From NCBI GenBank assembly GCA_934130045.1, contig CAKOXI010000005.1:1-62482 (forward strand): DNA of 62,482 nucleotides, read 5' to 3'. The position numbers and the translations under genes are program-made. This DNA comes from an uncultured Bacilli bacterium (lineage in GTDB: Bacteria > Bacillota_I > Bacilli_A > RF39 > UBA660). Under the pieces are notes generated by a model. That model did no database searches. It was not told the DNA's origin and worked only from the letters and a program-made list of their open reading frames with translations. This document shows, in pieces, positions 8,957 through 18,299 of this stretch; the first letter of the stretch is position 1, and each line of letters begins with the position of its first letter.

Positions 8957-10702
8957 GTGCAAAAAAAGTTAGAATTTGTATTAAAAAATAAATATAAATT
9001 GCTTACATTGACTTTGTTTTTGTTCTTTTTTATTCAAATGCAATTTGTATTTTTTTATGGTGATGATTTTGAAGTTTTATATCCTATTCATAATAATCAT
9101 GAAATTTTTAATATATTGAATTTTTGTTTTGATAAATTAAATTATTTTTGGTTTCAATGGTCAGGAAGAATAATAGGTCATGCCGTTGTAACCTTTGGTT
9201 TATCTTTTTTTGGAATTAATTTTTTTAGAATTTTAAATCCAATTATGGTATTAATTTTTGTTTATTTAATTTTAAAAATTCTTAAATTATTTAAACAATT
9301 TAATTTTGAAAAATTATTTTTTTATTTTTCATTTATATTTTTAGGAATGAATGTTTATTTATCTAGAGAAATATTATATTGGGCTTATTCTAGTATTCTT
9401 TATTTATGGGGATTTAATTTAATTTTATTTGTAATCTATATTGTATATAAAAATTATCTTGAAAACAAAAAGATAGAAAAAGATTACTTTATTTGGGTTA
9501 TAATAGCAACTGTTTCTTCTGTTTTTATTTTAGAACAATTTAGTTTTATATTAATATTCTTTTTTTCAATAATGTTTTATTTTTCTTGGAAAAATCATAA
9601 AAATTATAAACAAATTTTTGCCTTACTATGTGTATTAGTATTATCTATTATTGTGTATTTAATGGCTCCCGGTAGATTTCTTCGTACAAAACCTTTAGTA
9701 GAAGAACTTGAATTATATAATAACATTCAAATTATTTTAGGTAAAACTCACTCTTTATTTAATATTATATTTAATCCTAAATTACTTGGAATGTATATTT
9801 CTATATTTATGCTGTTATTAAGTAAAAAATATTTAAGTATAATTAATAATAAATTTAGATATAAAATACCATATATTTTTATATTGAGTTATTTTTTTAT
9901 ATTAATAATATCCAAATTTTTTAATATAAATTTATTACTCTTTAATGAAACTTATGATGCGATGAATCCATTATATAAAATATCTTTTTTATCAACTGTT
10001 GAAAAAACATTATTAATTAGTGCACTTGTATTAATAATATTATATTATATAGCTCTTATTATTAATTTATTTTATATGGTATATAAAGTTTTTTATAAAG
10101 AAAATAAATTTTTGTTTTATATGCTTTTAATTGGGTTTGGAACAACAATTATTACTGCTGTTCTTATTAGATATATTGGAATGCGTTATTATGTTTATTT
10201 TTTAATTTCTATTTTATTCTTGTCTATTTATTTAATTTTGGATTTGAAAAACAATTCTTTTGATATAAAATCATTATTTTTTCTTGGATGTTCATTACCA
10301 TATAATTATTCAATAGCAGTATCGGTTATTATATTGATAATATTATTTATGAATGATAAATTATATAAAAAAATGTCTAAAAATTCTAATAAGATTGTTT
10401 ATTTATTATGCATTTTAATTTGTTTGTTTAATTTATTTGATACATTTTTTGGATACGTTAGAAATAGTAAAATATATAAAAAAAATGAAGAACTTTTAAT
10501 TAATACAAATGATGATATTGCATTTTCAATTGATGCGATTCCTGATAGTGATAAACTATATGGTTGGCACACTATAAATACTAGATGGAATGTTACTGAT
10601 AAGTATTATGGATTTTATCTTAATAAATTTTATAAATCTTATTATGGAATTAATATGGATAATGTATATATAAAAACAGAGGATGGTTATTATGTTAGGT
10701 AG
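8957..10702 (+). CDS. Polytopic integral membrane protein, GT-C-like (function unknown)
   Basis: 581 aa, almost entirely hydrophobic helices. Acidic YGDDFE motif directly after TM1. Hydrophilic ~80-aa C-terminus. Confidence 0.5.
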   Translation: MQKKLEFVLKNKYKLLTLTLFLFFFIQMQFVFFYGDDFEVLYPIHNNHEIFNILNFCFDKLNYFWFQWSGRIIGHAVVTFGLSFFGINFFRILNPIMVLIFVYLILKILKLFKQFNFEKLFFYFSFIFLGMNVYLSREILYWAYSSILYLWGFNLILFVIYIVYKNYLENKKIEKDYFIWVIIATVSSVFILEQFSFILIFFFSIMFYFSWKNHKNYKQIFALLCVLVLSIIVYLMAPGRFLRTKPLVEELELYNNIQIILGKTHSLFNIIFNPKLLGMYISIFMLLLSKKYLSIINNKFRYKIPYIFILSYFFILIISKFFNINLLLFNETYDAMNPLYKISFLSTVEKTLLISALVLIILYYIALIINLFYMVYKVFYKENKFLFYMLLIGFGTTIITAVLIRYIGMRYYVYFLISILFLSIYLILDLKNNSFDIKSLFFLGCSLPYNYSIAVSVIILIILFMNDKLYKKMSKNSNKIVYLLCILICLFNLFDTFFGYVRNSKIYKKNEELLINTNDDIAFSIDAIPDSDKLYGWHTINTRWNVTDKYYGFYLNKFYKSYYGINMDNVYIKTEDGYYVR

Positions 10703-12485
10703 TATTATTTATATTTTTTCATTTATTTTACTAATAAGCACTTTTTTATTAATAAAAAAAAGTGATAAGAAATTAAATATTATAAAATGGTTATTTATTG
10801 CATTTGTATTAATTTTTTGTTTAAATTCAGTAATTGTTTTTATATTAAGTTATATTGGTATTAAAAGCAATCTTATTACTATTAGTATAATATATATAAT
10901 TTTAAGTTTATTTATTATTTTATTTTATCTAACTAAAGAAAGGCAAAAGTATTTTTTTAATAAAAAGGATTTAATTTATATTGGTGTTATTTTTGTAGTT
11001 GTTTTAGTTATTTCTATTATAAGGTTTGGATTTCCATTTTCTATTGTTTATCAAACATTTGATCCAGCAATTCATTATCAAAGTTCTTATAGTTTCTATA
11101 AGTATTCTTATTTATTAAATTTTGTTCAGGAAAAAACTATGCTGAATTTTGAAACTTGGAGATTTGCTTCTTATACAAATTTAGGAATAATTTTTAAAAT
11201 TTTTTCATGTTTTATGAATGAAAATAACTTTTATAATTTATATATATTATTTGATTTATTTACATTATTTTTAACAGGAGTATTATTTTATTTTCTAATT
11301 GATAATAATAAAAACAGAATTGTAAAACTAATAGGATGTATAATTTTTATTTGTGGATATCCCTTGAATAATTTAATAATTGGATTCTTTTATGTTGGTC
11401 ATGCATCTTTAATAATTATTTCTATTTTTTTAATTATAAATGAATTAGAAAGAAAATATATTAATAATATTTTATTATTTATTTTAAATATTGGTTTAAT
11501 GTTTACTTATTATTTGTATGTTCCAATTATTTATTGTGCTGAATTTTTATATTTTATAAAGAATAGAGAAAAAAGATTATTTTCTAAATCTATTTTATTA
11601 TTTGGAATACCTATAATTTTGGGCTTTTTATATTTTATATATCCAACATTTTCTAATAATGATATGAATTTAGGCAATCAAATTCATCTGGATGGTTACT
11701 TTTATAATGATGTTATTGGAAATACACTTTTGTTTTTACCAATTGCAAGCTTTTATTTTTATTATAAATTAAAAGAGAAAAAAATTAATTTTGAAATGAT
11801 AGCATTCATTGTATTAATAAGTTTTATGATTATTTTAAATATTTGTATGCTTTTAAATATTATATTACCTTATTATGTTTCAAAATATTATTATATATTA
11901 TGGATATTTTGTTTCATTATTTTATTTAAAACATTTGATGAGTATTATTCACTCAATAAATTTGTATTTAAAAATTATGCGATATTTATGCTATTTACTA
12001 TAGTTTTGTCTATAAGTAATATAGAAAATGCAATTATTAATTTAAATGAAGGAGAACATAATAAAACTACACCAAATATGTTATTTAATGTTTATAATTA
12101 TAATTTAAAAGAAATTATTAATCCAGTTATTGTATTTAATAATAATGAATTAAATGAAATAAAGAATGTATCCAAAAATATAGATATAGATTTTTATACA
12201 AATACGGAACCTGAAAGAATTATGTGGTTAATTAATTTTATTAATAATGGAAAACTTGATTGTCCAGTAAATTATACTTATGAATGTTTAAAAAAGAATT
12301 ATTATATGGAATTAGATGATTATGTTAATACTAGGGATAATAAAAAAAATTTTATTTTTTTTCCAAGAACTATATATTGGAAAGAATTATATAGTAGTGA
12401 TATTTTAAATACTGCTACATATTTAGAAGAAAAAAATTTTTTAATAGAAAGTTATAATTCATTTATTGTAATTAGAGGTAATTAG
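10692..12485 (+). CDS. Polytopic integral membrane protein, paralogue A (GT-C-like layout)
   Basis: About 450 aa of TM helices plus a ~150-aa hydrophilic C-terminal domain. Shares RFGFPFSIVYQTFDP, LDGYFYN and KKINFEMI with the 14183-16111 product. ATG at 10692 with GAGGA RBS preferred. Confidence 0.5.
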   Translation: MLGSIIYIFSFILLISTFLLIKKSDKKLNIIKWLFIAFVLIFCLNSVIVFILSYIGIKSNLITISIIYIILSLFIILFYLTKERQKYFFNKKDLIYIGVIFVVVLVISIIRFGFPFSIVYQTFDPAIHYQSSYSFYKYSYLLNFVQEKTMLNFETWRFASYTNLGIIFKIFSCFMNENNFYNLYILFDLFTLFLTGVLFYFLIDNNKNRIVKLIGCIIFICGYPLNNLIIGFFYVGHASLIIISIFLIINELERKYINNILLFILNIGLMFTYYLYVPIIYCAEFLYFIKNREKRLFSKSILLFGIPIILGFLYFIYPTFSNNDMNLGNQIHLDGYFYNDVIGNTLLFLPIASFYFYYKLKEKKINFEMIAFIVLISFMIILNICMLLNIILPYYVSKYYYILWIFCFIILFKTFDEYYSLNKFVFKNYAIFMLFTIVLSISNIENAIINLNEGEHNKTTPNMLFNVYNYNLKEIINPVIVFNNNELNEIKNVSKNIDIDFYTNTEPERIMWLINFINNGKLDCPVNYTYECLKKNYYMELDDYVNTRDNKKNFIFFPRTIYWKELYSSDILNTATYLEEKNFLIESYNSFIVIRGN

Positions 12486-12487
12486 TA

Positions 12488-14176
12488 ATGAAAAAATACA
12501 TATTAACTACAATTATTATGTTGTTTGGTTTAACATCCCTTTTATTAATTTGTAATTTTTTTAATACAAATAAAATCAATGAAAATGTTACAAAAAGCAT
12601 GGAAACTTATAATTATTTTGATAGTAAAAAGTTTAATTTAGATATTGATAATTATACTGATATGATAATGCTAAATATTATGTCATATAATGATAATTCT
12701 ATTATAAAGAGAAGTTTTGATAATAAATATGGAATTATGTATATTGATAAATTTGGTGATAAAGAAGTATATTGGAATCAATTTGAAAACTTGATTTCTA
12801 CTTTAGAAAAAAGAAATGATGATGTTATTTTATATGGAAGATTTTGGCATGGTTACCAAATAATATTAAAACCATTACTTATGGTATTTACATATCAACA
12901 ATCTTTATTTTTTCTTTCAATAATAGGTATTTTTTTAATCGTATTTTCTTGTTTTCTTTTATTTAAAAAAACAAATTTTAAAATACTTATGAGCTATTTA
13001 TTTTCTCTTTTATCACTTAATATATTTGTTTTTAATACTTGTTATCAATATTATTTTTCAATGATATTAATGATTGTTTTTAATATAATAATTTTGTTAA
13101 ACTATAAACTTCAAAAATTTGATTACAAATTTATGTTTTATATTTTTGGTTGTTTAACTGCTTATTTTTTGTTTATTAGTTTTCCACTAATTACCTTATG
13201 TTTTCCATTATTATTGTTTATGATATTGGAGTTTTCTAATAATAAATTTGAAAATTATAAGGAAAATATTTTAAAAATTATTAAATCTAGTATATTTTGG
13301 ATTTTGGGATATGTTTTATTCTTTTCATTAAAATGGATAATAGGAAGTTTATTTGGTAGTGAAAATTTTTTGGAAAATGCTTTAATGGCAATTAATCAAA
13401 GATTAGGATTAACATTTTCATTTAAGTATATTGATATTTTAAAATTGAACTTAGCATATTTCTTTAATTTTAAATTTAATATTATTTTGGTTTTCAGTTC
13501 TTTAATTATTATTTTTATTCAAATGCGTAAAAATTTTACTATAAAATTAAAGATTATTTCTCCATTTTTATTAATTTTTTTAATGCCATTTATTTGGATG
13601 TTTATATGTAATAATCATAGTGGTGTTCATTATTGGATGATTTCTAGATTGTTTTCGATATCAATTTTTTCACTATTATTTATTAGTTACTTCTTACTAT
13701 CAAATAAACAGTATAATGAAATAGAACATTTAAAAATAGATGATTATTTATTTTTATTAATTACTTTAATGTTTTTTATCTTGTATAAGTTTAATTTTAT
13801 ATTTATAATTTTATGTTTATTTATAATTTTTAAATATCACAAAAATAAAACATTAAATATATATATTATTTTATTAATAATTTTAAGTACATTATTATCT
13901 ATTAATAAATTTTTTGATAAACGTATTTTTAATGATAGTTTATTTTATGAAAATATATATAAAGAACTTTATCATAAAGCTATAATGTATGGAGAAGAGT
14001 ACGCAAAGAAAAATAATATATTTGTTGATACTAAAGTTGAACTTCATGATTTAATAGATATAATTAATTCCGATAGTGTTTTTTTACTTAGTTGTGATGG
14101 TTATATTATAGTTAATAATGAAAGTGTTACTCCATATATTGATTGTAATAATAAAATAAATATTAAAAATAATTAG
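12488..14176 (+). CDS. Polytopic integral membrane protein (function unknown)
   Basis: 562 aa. N-terminal TM, ~110-aa loop (YGRFWHGYQ), many TM helices, ~100-aa hydrophilic C-terminus. Tightly packed in the same operon. Confidence 0.45.
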   Translation: MKKYILTTIIMLFGLTSLLLICNFFNTNKINENVTKSMETYNYFDSKKFNLDIDNYTDMIMLNIMSYNDNSIIKRSFDNKYGIMYIDKFGDKEVYWNQFENLISTLEKRNDDVILYGRFWHGYQIILKPLLMVFTYQQSLFFLSIIGIFLIVFSCFLLFKKTNFKILMSYLFSLLSLNIFVFNTCYQYYFSMILMIVFNIIILLNYKLQKFDYKFMFYIFGCLTAYFLFISFPLITLCFPLLLFMILEFSNNKFENYKENILKIIKSSIFWILGYVLFFSLKWIIGSLFGSENFLENALMAINQRLGLTFSFKYIDILKLNLAYFFNFKFNIILVFSSLIIIFIQMRKNFTIKLKIISPFLLIFLMPFIWMFICNNHSGVHYWMISRLFSISIFSLLFISYFLLSNKQYNEIEHLKIDDYLFLLITLMFFILYKFNFIFIILCLFIIFKYHKNKTLNIYIILLIILSTLLSINKFFDKRIFNDSLFYENIYKELYHKAIMYGEEYAKKNNIFVDTKVELHDLIDIINSDSVFLLSCDGYIIVNNESVTPYIDCNNKINIKNN

Positions 14177-14182
14177 AAAAGG

Positions 14183-16111
14183 GTGAGTTGTTTGATTAAT
14201 TCTATTATATATTTAATTTCTTTTATTATTTTGGTTACAACTTTTATGCTTTTGAAAAAATCTTTAAATAAACAAAATGTGTTAATGTGGATTTTTTTAT
14301 CTTTTATGTTAATGTTTTGTTATAATTCAGTAGTAGTTTTTATATTAAGTTTATTTTATATAAAAAGTACATTATTGATTTTATCAATTGTTAATTTTTT
14401 GTTTTCAGTATTATTTTTATTACATATTTTTAAAACCAAAACAATACAAAAATATTATTTAAAAAAATTTGATTTATTAGCTATTTTCATAATAGTATTA
14501 GCAACTATTATTATTGGATACTTTCGATTTGGATTTCCCTTTAAAATAGTTTATGAAACTTGCGATCCTGGAACTCATTTTTGGACATCTATGGAATTTT
14601 TTAGAGAATCAATTTTATTAAATAAAGCGATAGTAACTGTAGATTTTTCTTCTCGTGTGTTTGGTTCTTATGTAAATATGGGAATAATTTTTAAAATTTT
14701 TTATCCTTATGTTGGGTACATAAATTTATATTTTATCTATATTCTTTATGATTTATTTATGTTAGCTATGTCAGGAATTACCTTTTACTTTTTGATAAGA
14801 TATATTTGTAAGGAAAATAAAGGTTTATTTGCTTTAATCTTTAGTATAATTTATTTTACAGGTTATCCTTTAAATAGTATGATATTTGGTTTTTTCTATT
14901 CGGGACATGTTGTAACTTTAATTTGTATTTTAATACTTTTATATAAATTTTTTGATAATAAGGAAATTAGTTATAAATTCAATTTGATACTTTTAATGAT
15001 TGTTAATATAGGTATATGTTTTGCTTATTATCTTTATTTACCAATACTATTTGTTTGTGAAACAATATATTTTATTTATTTAAAGAAAACTAAACAAATT
15101 GATAAAAATAATTTGCTAAAATCCTTTTTATTAGTTATAATTTTACCTTTAATTCTTACTTTATCGTATTTTGTATTTCCTTATATTGGTAATAATCAAC
15201 ATAGTATTTTTTATCAGTTAAGTTTAGATGGATATTTTTATAATAGTTATTTTTCTAATTTTATTTTATTTGTTCCTATAATTGTTTACTATATTATAAA
15301 TATGTTGAAAAATAAAAAATTAAATTTTGAAATGATTTTATTATTTAGTGTAATCAGTTTTATAATATTTATTATAATTTTATCTATCATGAATATTGCT
15401 ATGCAGTATTATGCTTCTAAGTTTTTTTATACATTATGGCTTGTTAATTTTATTTTGATATTTGATTTTTATATAAAAAACGATATAAAAAAATTATACT
15501 TAAATATCTATATAGCTTCGTTTTTACTTGTTCTTATCTTTACTGTATTTAGTATTGAAGATAAATTATATGATCAAAATAAATCATTTGGTAATAGGAT
15601 TGAATCATTAAATCTTTTGAATGTATATAATTGGAATATTGATAAAATTAAATATTCAAATATAACTTTCACACCAGATGAAATAAAAATCATAAAAGAA
15701 TTATATAATTTGGGTGCTTATAATGTTATAAATAATTTTATTCATTCATTTAATTCACAAAGATTATGGTTAAATGCATTTTTTTGGAATCAAAGATTAG
15801 ATTATCCTGAAAATGAAGTATATGATTATATGGTAAAGGATGTATTTTTTGATCCAATTAATTATAATAGTTATAAAAAAATGGATAATAATTATAAATA
15901 TTTTGTTATTTTTTATAGGGAATATGATCCTAGAAAATGGGATGGTTATAGTGAAGTTTATCCTTATGAAGTTCAAAGAAGATGGAATGCTAATTTTAGA
16001 AAAGATTATACAATTAATAGAATTTATGATTATATTAAAATAGATAGAAATACATGTGTTAATTGTAAATTTATTGATTTTGATACAGGTGTTATAATTA
16101 TTAAAGGATAA
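14183..16111 (+). CDS. Polytopic integral membrane protein, paralogue B (GT-C-like layout)
   Basis: Collinear similarity to the 10692-12485 product (RFGFPFKIVYETCDP, LDGYFYN, KKLNFEMI) with a longer hydrophilic C-terminal domain. Start is GTG 14183 or TTG 14192. Confidence 0.5.
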   Translation: MSCLINSIIYLISFIILVTTFMLLKKSLNKQNVLMWIFLSFMLMFCYNSVVVFILSLFYIKSTLLILSIVNFLFSVLFLLHIFKTKTIQKYYLKKFDLLAIFIIVLATIIIGYFRFGFPFKIVYETCDPGTHFWTSMEFFRESILLNKAIVTVDFSSRVFGSYVNMGIIFKIFYPYVGYINLYFIYILYDLFMLAMSGITFYFLIRYICKENKGLFALIFSIIYFTGYPLNSMIFGFFYSGHVVTLICILILLYKFFDNKEISYKFNLILLMIVNIGICFAYYLYLPILFVCETIYFIYLKKTKQIDKNNLLKSFLLVIILPLILTLSYFVFPYIGNNQHSIFYQLSLDGYFYNSYFSNFILFVPIIVYYIINMLKNKKLNFEMILLFSVISFIIFIIILSIMNIAMQYYASKFFYTLWLVNFILIFDFYIKNDIKKLYLNIYIASFLLVLIFTVFSIEDKLYDQNKSFGNRIESLNLLNVYNWNIDKIKYSNITFTPDEIKIIKELYNLGAYNVINNFIHSFNSQRLWLNAFFWNQRLDYPENEVYDYMVKDVFFDPINYNSYKKMDNNYKYFVIFYREYDPRKWDGYSEVYPYEVQRRWNANFRKDYTINRIYDYIKIDRNTCVNCKFIDFDTGVIIIKG

Positions 16112-16146
16112 TAATTATATTATTTAAAGTAGGAGAGAATTTAATT

Positions 16147-17871
16147 ATGAAAAGGTTGAGAAAAATATTTTTAATATTTTTAATAATTTTAAATTTTTTG
16201 TCTATAGTTTTAGGATTTAGAAATTTAGATTCTATCTCAAACGAAAGTTTATTATTATCATTATGTATAATTTTGTTTACAAACTTTATAATTTTTATAA
16301 AATGGAAACCATTATTAAATATTAAATTAAATTCTAAATTATTAATTTTTTCTTTAATTTTAACTATTTTATTTTGTATTATGTTACCATTAAATTTTTG
16401 CTTAGATAGAATATATTTGTATAATTATATTCCAATTATTAATTTAATCATAAAAATAATTTTTTCTATTTCATTATTTATTTCAATATTTATAATTATT
16501 ATGTTATTATTTTCATGTAATTTAAAGCATGATAAATGTTTAAATAAAACAAAAAAAGTAATGAAAATAATCATTTTTGTAATAAGTTTATTTTTTATAA
16601 TGAGTACAAGCACTGGTTTTTACGATTATGATTTTCAAAGTATATGGAGTTATGAAGTTGAAGGATTAAGTAACTGGCATACATTCTCATTTATGTTTCT
16701 TATCTATTTTGTAAAAATTATCTTTGGTAATCCTTATCCCATAATAATTTTTAATTTATTTTTATATGTATATTATTTTAATTACGCTATTGATTTAATC
16801 GACAAATATAGTAATAAAAAATCTCTTGTTTATTTATTTTTCTTTTTTAATTTATTTTCAGTAGTATGCTTTGAACAACTTAGATATGTAAAAAAAGATG
16901 TTTTATTTGCTTTAGGGTTTTGTAATTTAATTTTAACTTTTTTTGATTATTTAAATAGTAAAAAATTTTCGGTAAAATTATTTTTAAAAATGTTATTTTT
17001 TTCTATAATCACATCTTTATTTAGACATGGTGGAATATTGTTAACAGTTTTTTTCTTTATCATAATGTTGATATATTTAGTCATAAAAAAAATATATAAG
17101 CAAGTACTATATCCGATTATTTTAGTTGGTATTAATATTATTTTATATTTACTTTTAAACTACATTGGTTTTAATGTATTAAATGGATATAATTATCCTA
17201 AAAATGTTACATATACTGTTCCTATTTATCAGGTTGGAGCTTTTGCGCATGATGGATATGAATTCTCTGAATTAGAAAAAGATTATTTAAAAAATTATTT
17301 ATCAGTTGATTATATGAAAGAGCATTTTGTTAAATATAATGGTGATGCTTTGGCAAGAATTTATATAAATAATTATAATTTTGATTATAGTAAATTAATT
17401 AATTTAAATTATAAATTATTAAGAAAAAATCCAATATTTTATGTGCGTTCTTTATTAGATTTAACTAATATTTTATGGAAGATAGAAAAGGAATATTCTG
17501 AATGGCAAAAATTTTTTTATAAGGTTGAGTCTAGTGAATTACTTGATAAATACAAAGATACAACTATTAAATGGCAGGAAACCTTTTTAAATAAAATTGT
17601 TGATCGTGCTGTAAATATTTGTTTAAAAAGTGTTTTCTTTAATTTAAGAGTTAGAGGTGGATTTCCTTTATTTATAATATTTGTATCAATATTTTTATTA
17701 ATTTATAAAAAACAAAAAATATATTTATTACCAATTTGTGTCGTTTTATTTTGGGAATGTTGTTTATTTTTAAGTTTACCAACGGGTATGACTAGATATG
17801 TATTACCATTTATAAATATTTATCCATTTCTGTTCTGTTTTTCATTAGGAATTGATAAAAATTCTAATTAA
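16147..17871 (+). CDS. Polytopic integral membrane protein (function unknown)
   Basis: 574 aa, many TM helices with one ~150-aa hydrophilic region near the C-terminal third. AGGAG RBS. Confidence 0.45.
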   Translation: MKRLRKIFLIFLIILNFLSIVLGFRNLDSISNESLLLSLCIILFTNFIIFIKWKPLLNIKLNSKLLIFSLILTILFCIMLPLNFCLDRIYLYNYIPIINLIIKIIFSISLFISIFIIIMLLFSCNLKHDKCLNKTKKVMKIIIFVISLFFIMSTSTGFYDYDFQSIWSYEVEGLSNWHTFSFMFLIYFVKIIFGNPYPIIIFNLFLYVYYFNYAIDLIDKYSNKKSLVYLFFFFNLFSVVCFEQLRYVKKDVLFALGFCNLILTFFDYLNSKKFSVKLFLKMLFFSIITSLFRHGGILLTVFFFIIMLIYLVIKKIYKQVLYPIILVGINIILYLLLNYIGFNVLNGYNYPKNVTYTVPIYQVGAFAHDGYEFSELEKDYLKNYLSVDYMKEHFVKYNGDALARIYINNYNFDYSKLINLNYKLLRKNPIFYVRSLLDLTNILWKIEKEYSEWQKFFYKVESSELLDKYKDTTIKWQETFLNKIVDRAVNICLKSVFFNLRVRGGFPLFIIFVSIFLLIYKKQKIYLLPICVVLFWECCLFLSLPTGMTRYVLPFINIYPFLFCFSLGIDKNSN

Positions 17872-18176
17872 TATACGATAGCAACTGCCATTGTATATTT
17901 TTTTTCATGTGATATAGATAATTTTATATTACTATTATTTGAACAATATGGACTTCCAAATTTGTCTGTTAGAATTTCAAAATCTAAAAAACAATATTTT
18001 TTTGTATTTGGCATTGCTTTCATTATTGCTTCTTTAGCTGCAAATCTACCACATAAATATAAATTTCCTTTTTTCTTAAATTCAATTTGTTCTTTTTCAG
18101 TTAATATAAAATCAATAAATCTTTGTTCTTTATTTTCTAATCTTTTATTTTTTATAATATCGCAACCTATATTCAT
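17868..18176 (-). CDS. acpS: Holo-[acyl-carrier-protein] synthase (4'-phosphopantetheinyl transferase)
   Basis: MNIGCDII...GRFAAKEAIMKA...LSISHEKKYTMAVAIV is collinear with AcpS. GGAGG sits 10 nt upstream of the ATG at 18176 (the ORF track extends to 18236). Its stop overlaps the convergent upstream gene by 4 nt. Confidence 0.8.
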   Translation of the reverse strand: MNIGCDIIKNKRLENKEQRFIDFILTEKEQIEFKKKGNLYLCGRFAAKEAIMKAMPNTKKYCFLDFEILTDKFGSPYCSNNSNIKLSISHEKKYTMAVAIVY

Positions 18177-18299
18177 AGTATTAGTACCTCCAAATTTATT
18201 TAATTCTATTTTATCTTTATTTTTTTTTATATGCAATAGATTAATTTAATTAATTTATTTGAAATATTTATATTATTGTTATATAATTGATATGGTGAT

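Noticed and set aside
17962-18249. A 95-aa plus-strand ORF opposite acpS.
   Set aside because: The minus-strand frame carries the AcpS motifs (GRFAAKEA, ISH) and a GGAGG RBS. The plus-strand frame is a hydrophobic, low-complexity shadow.
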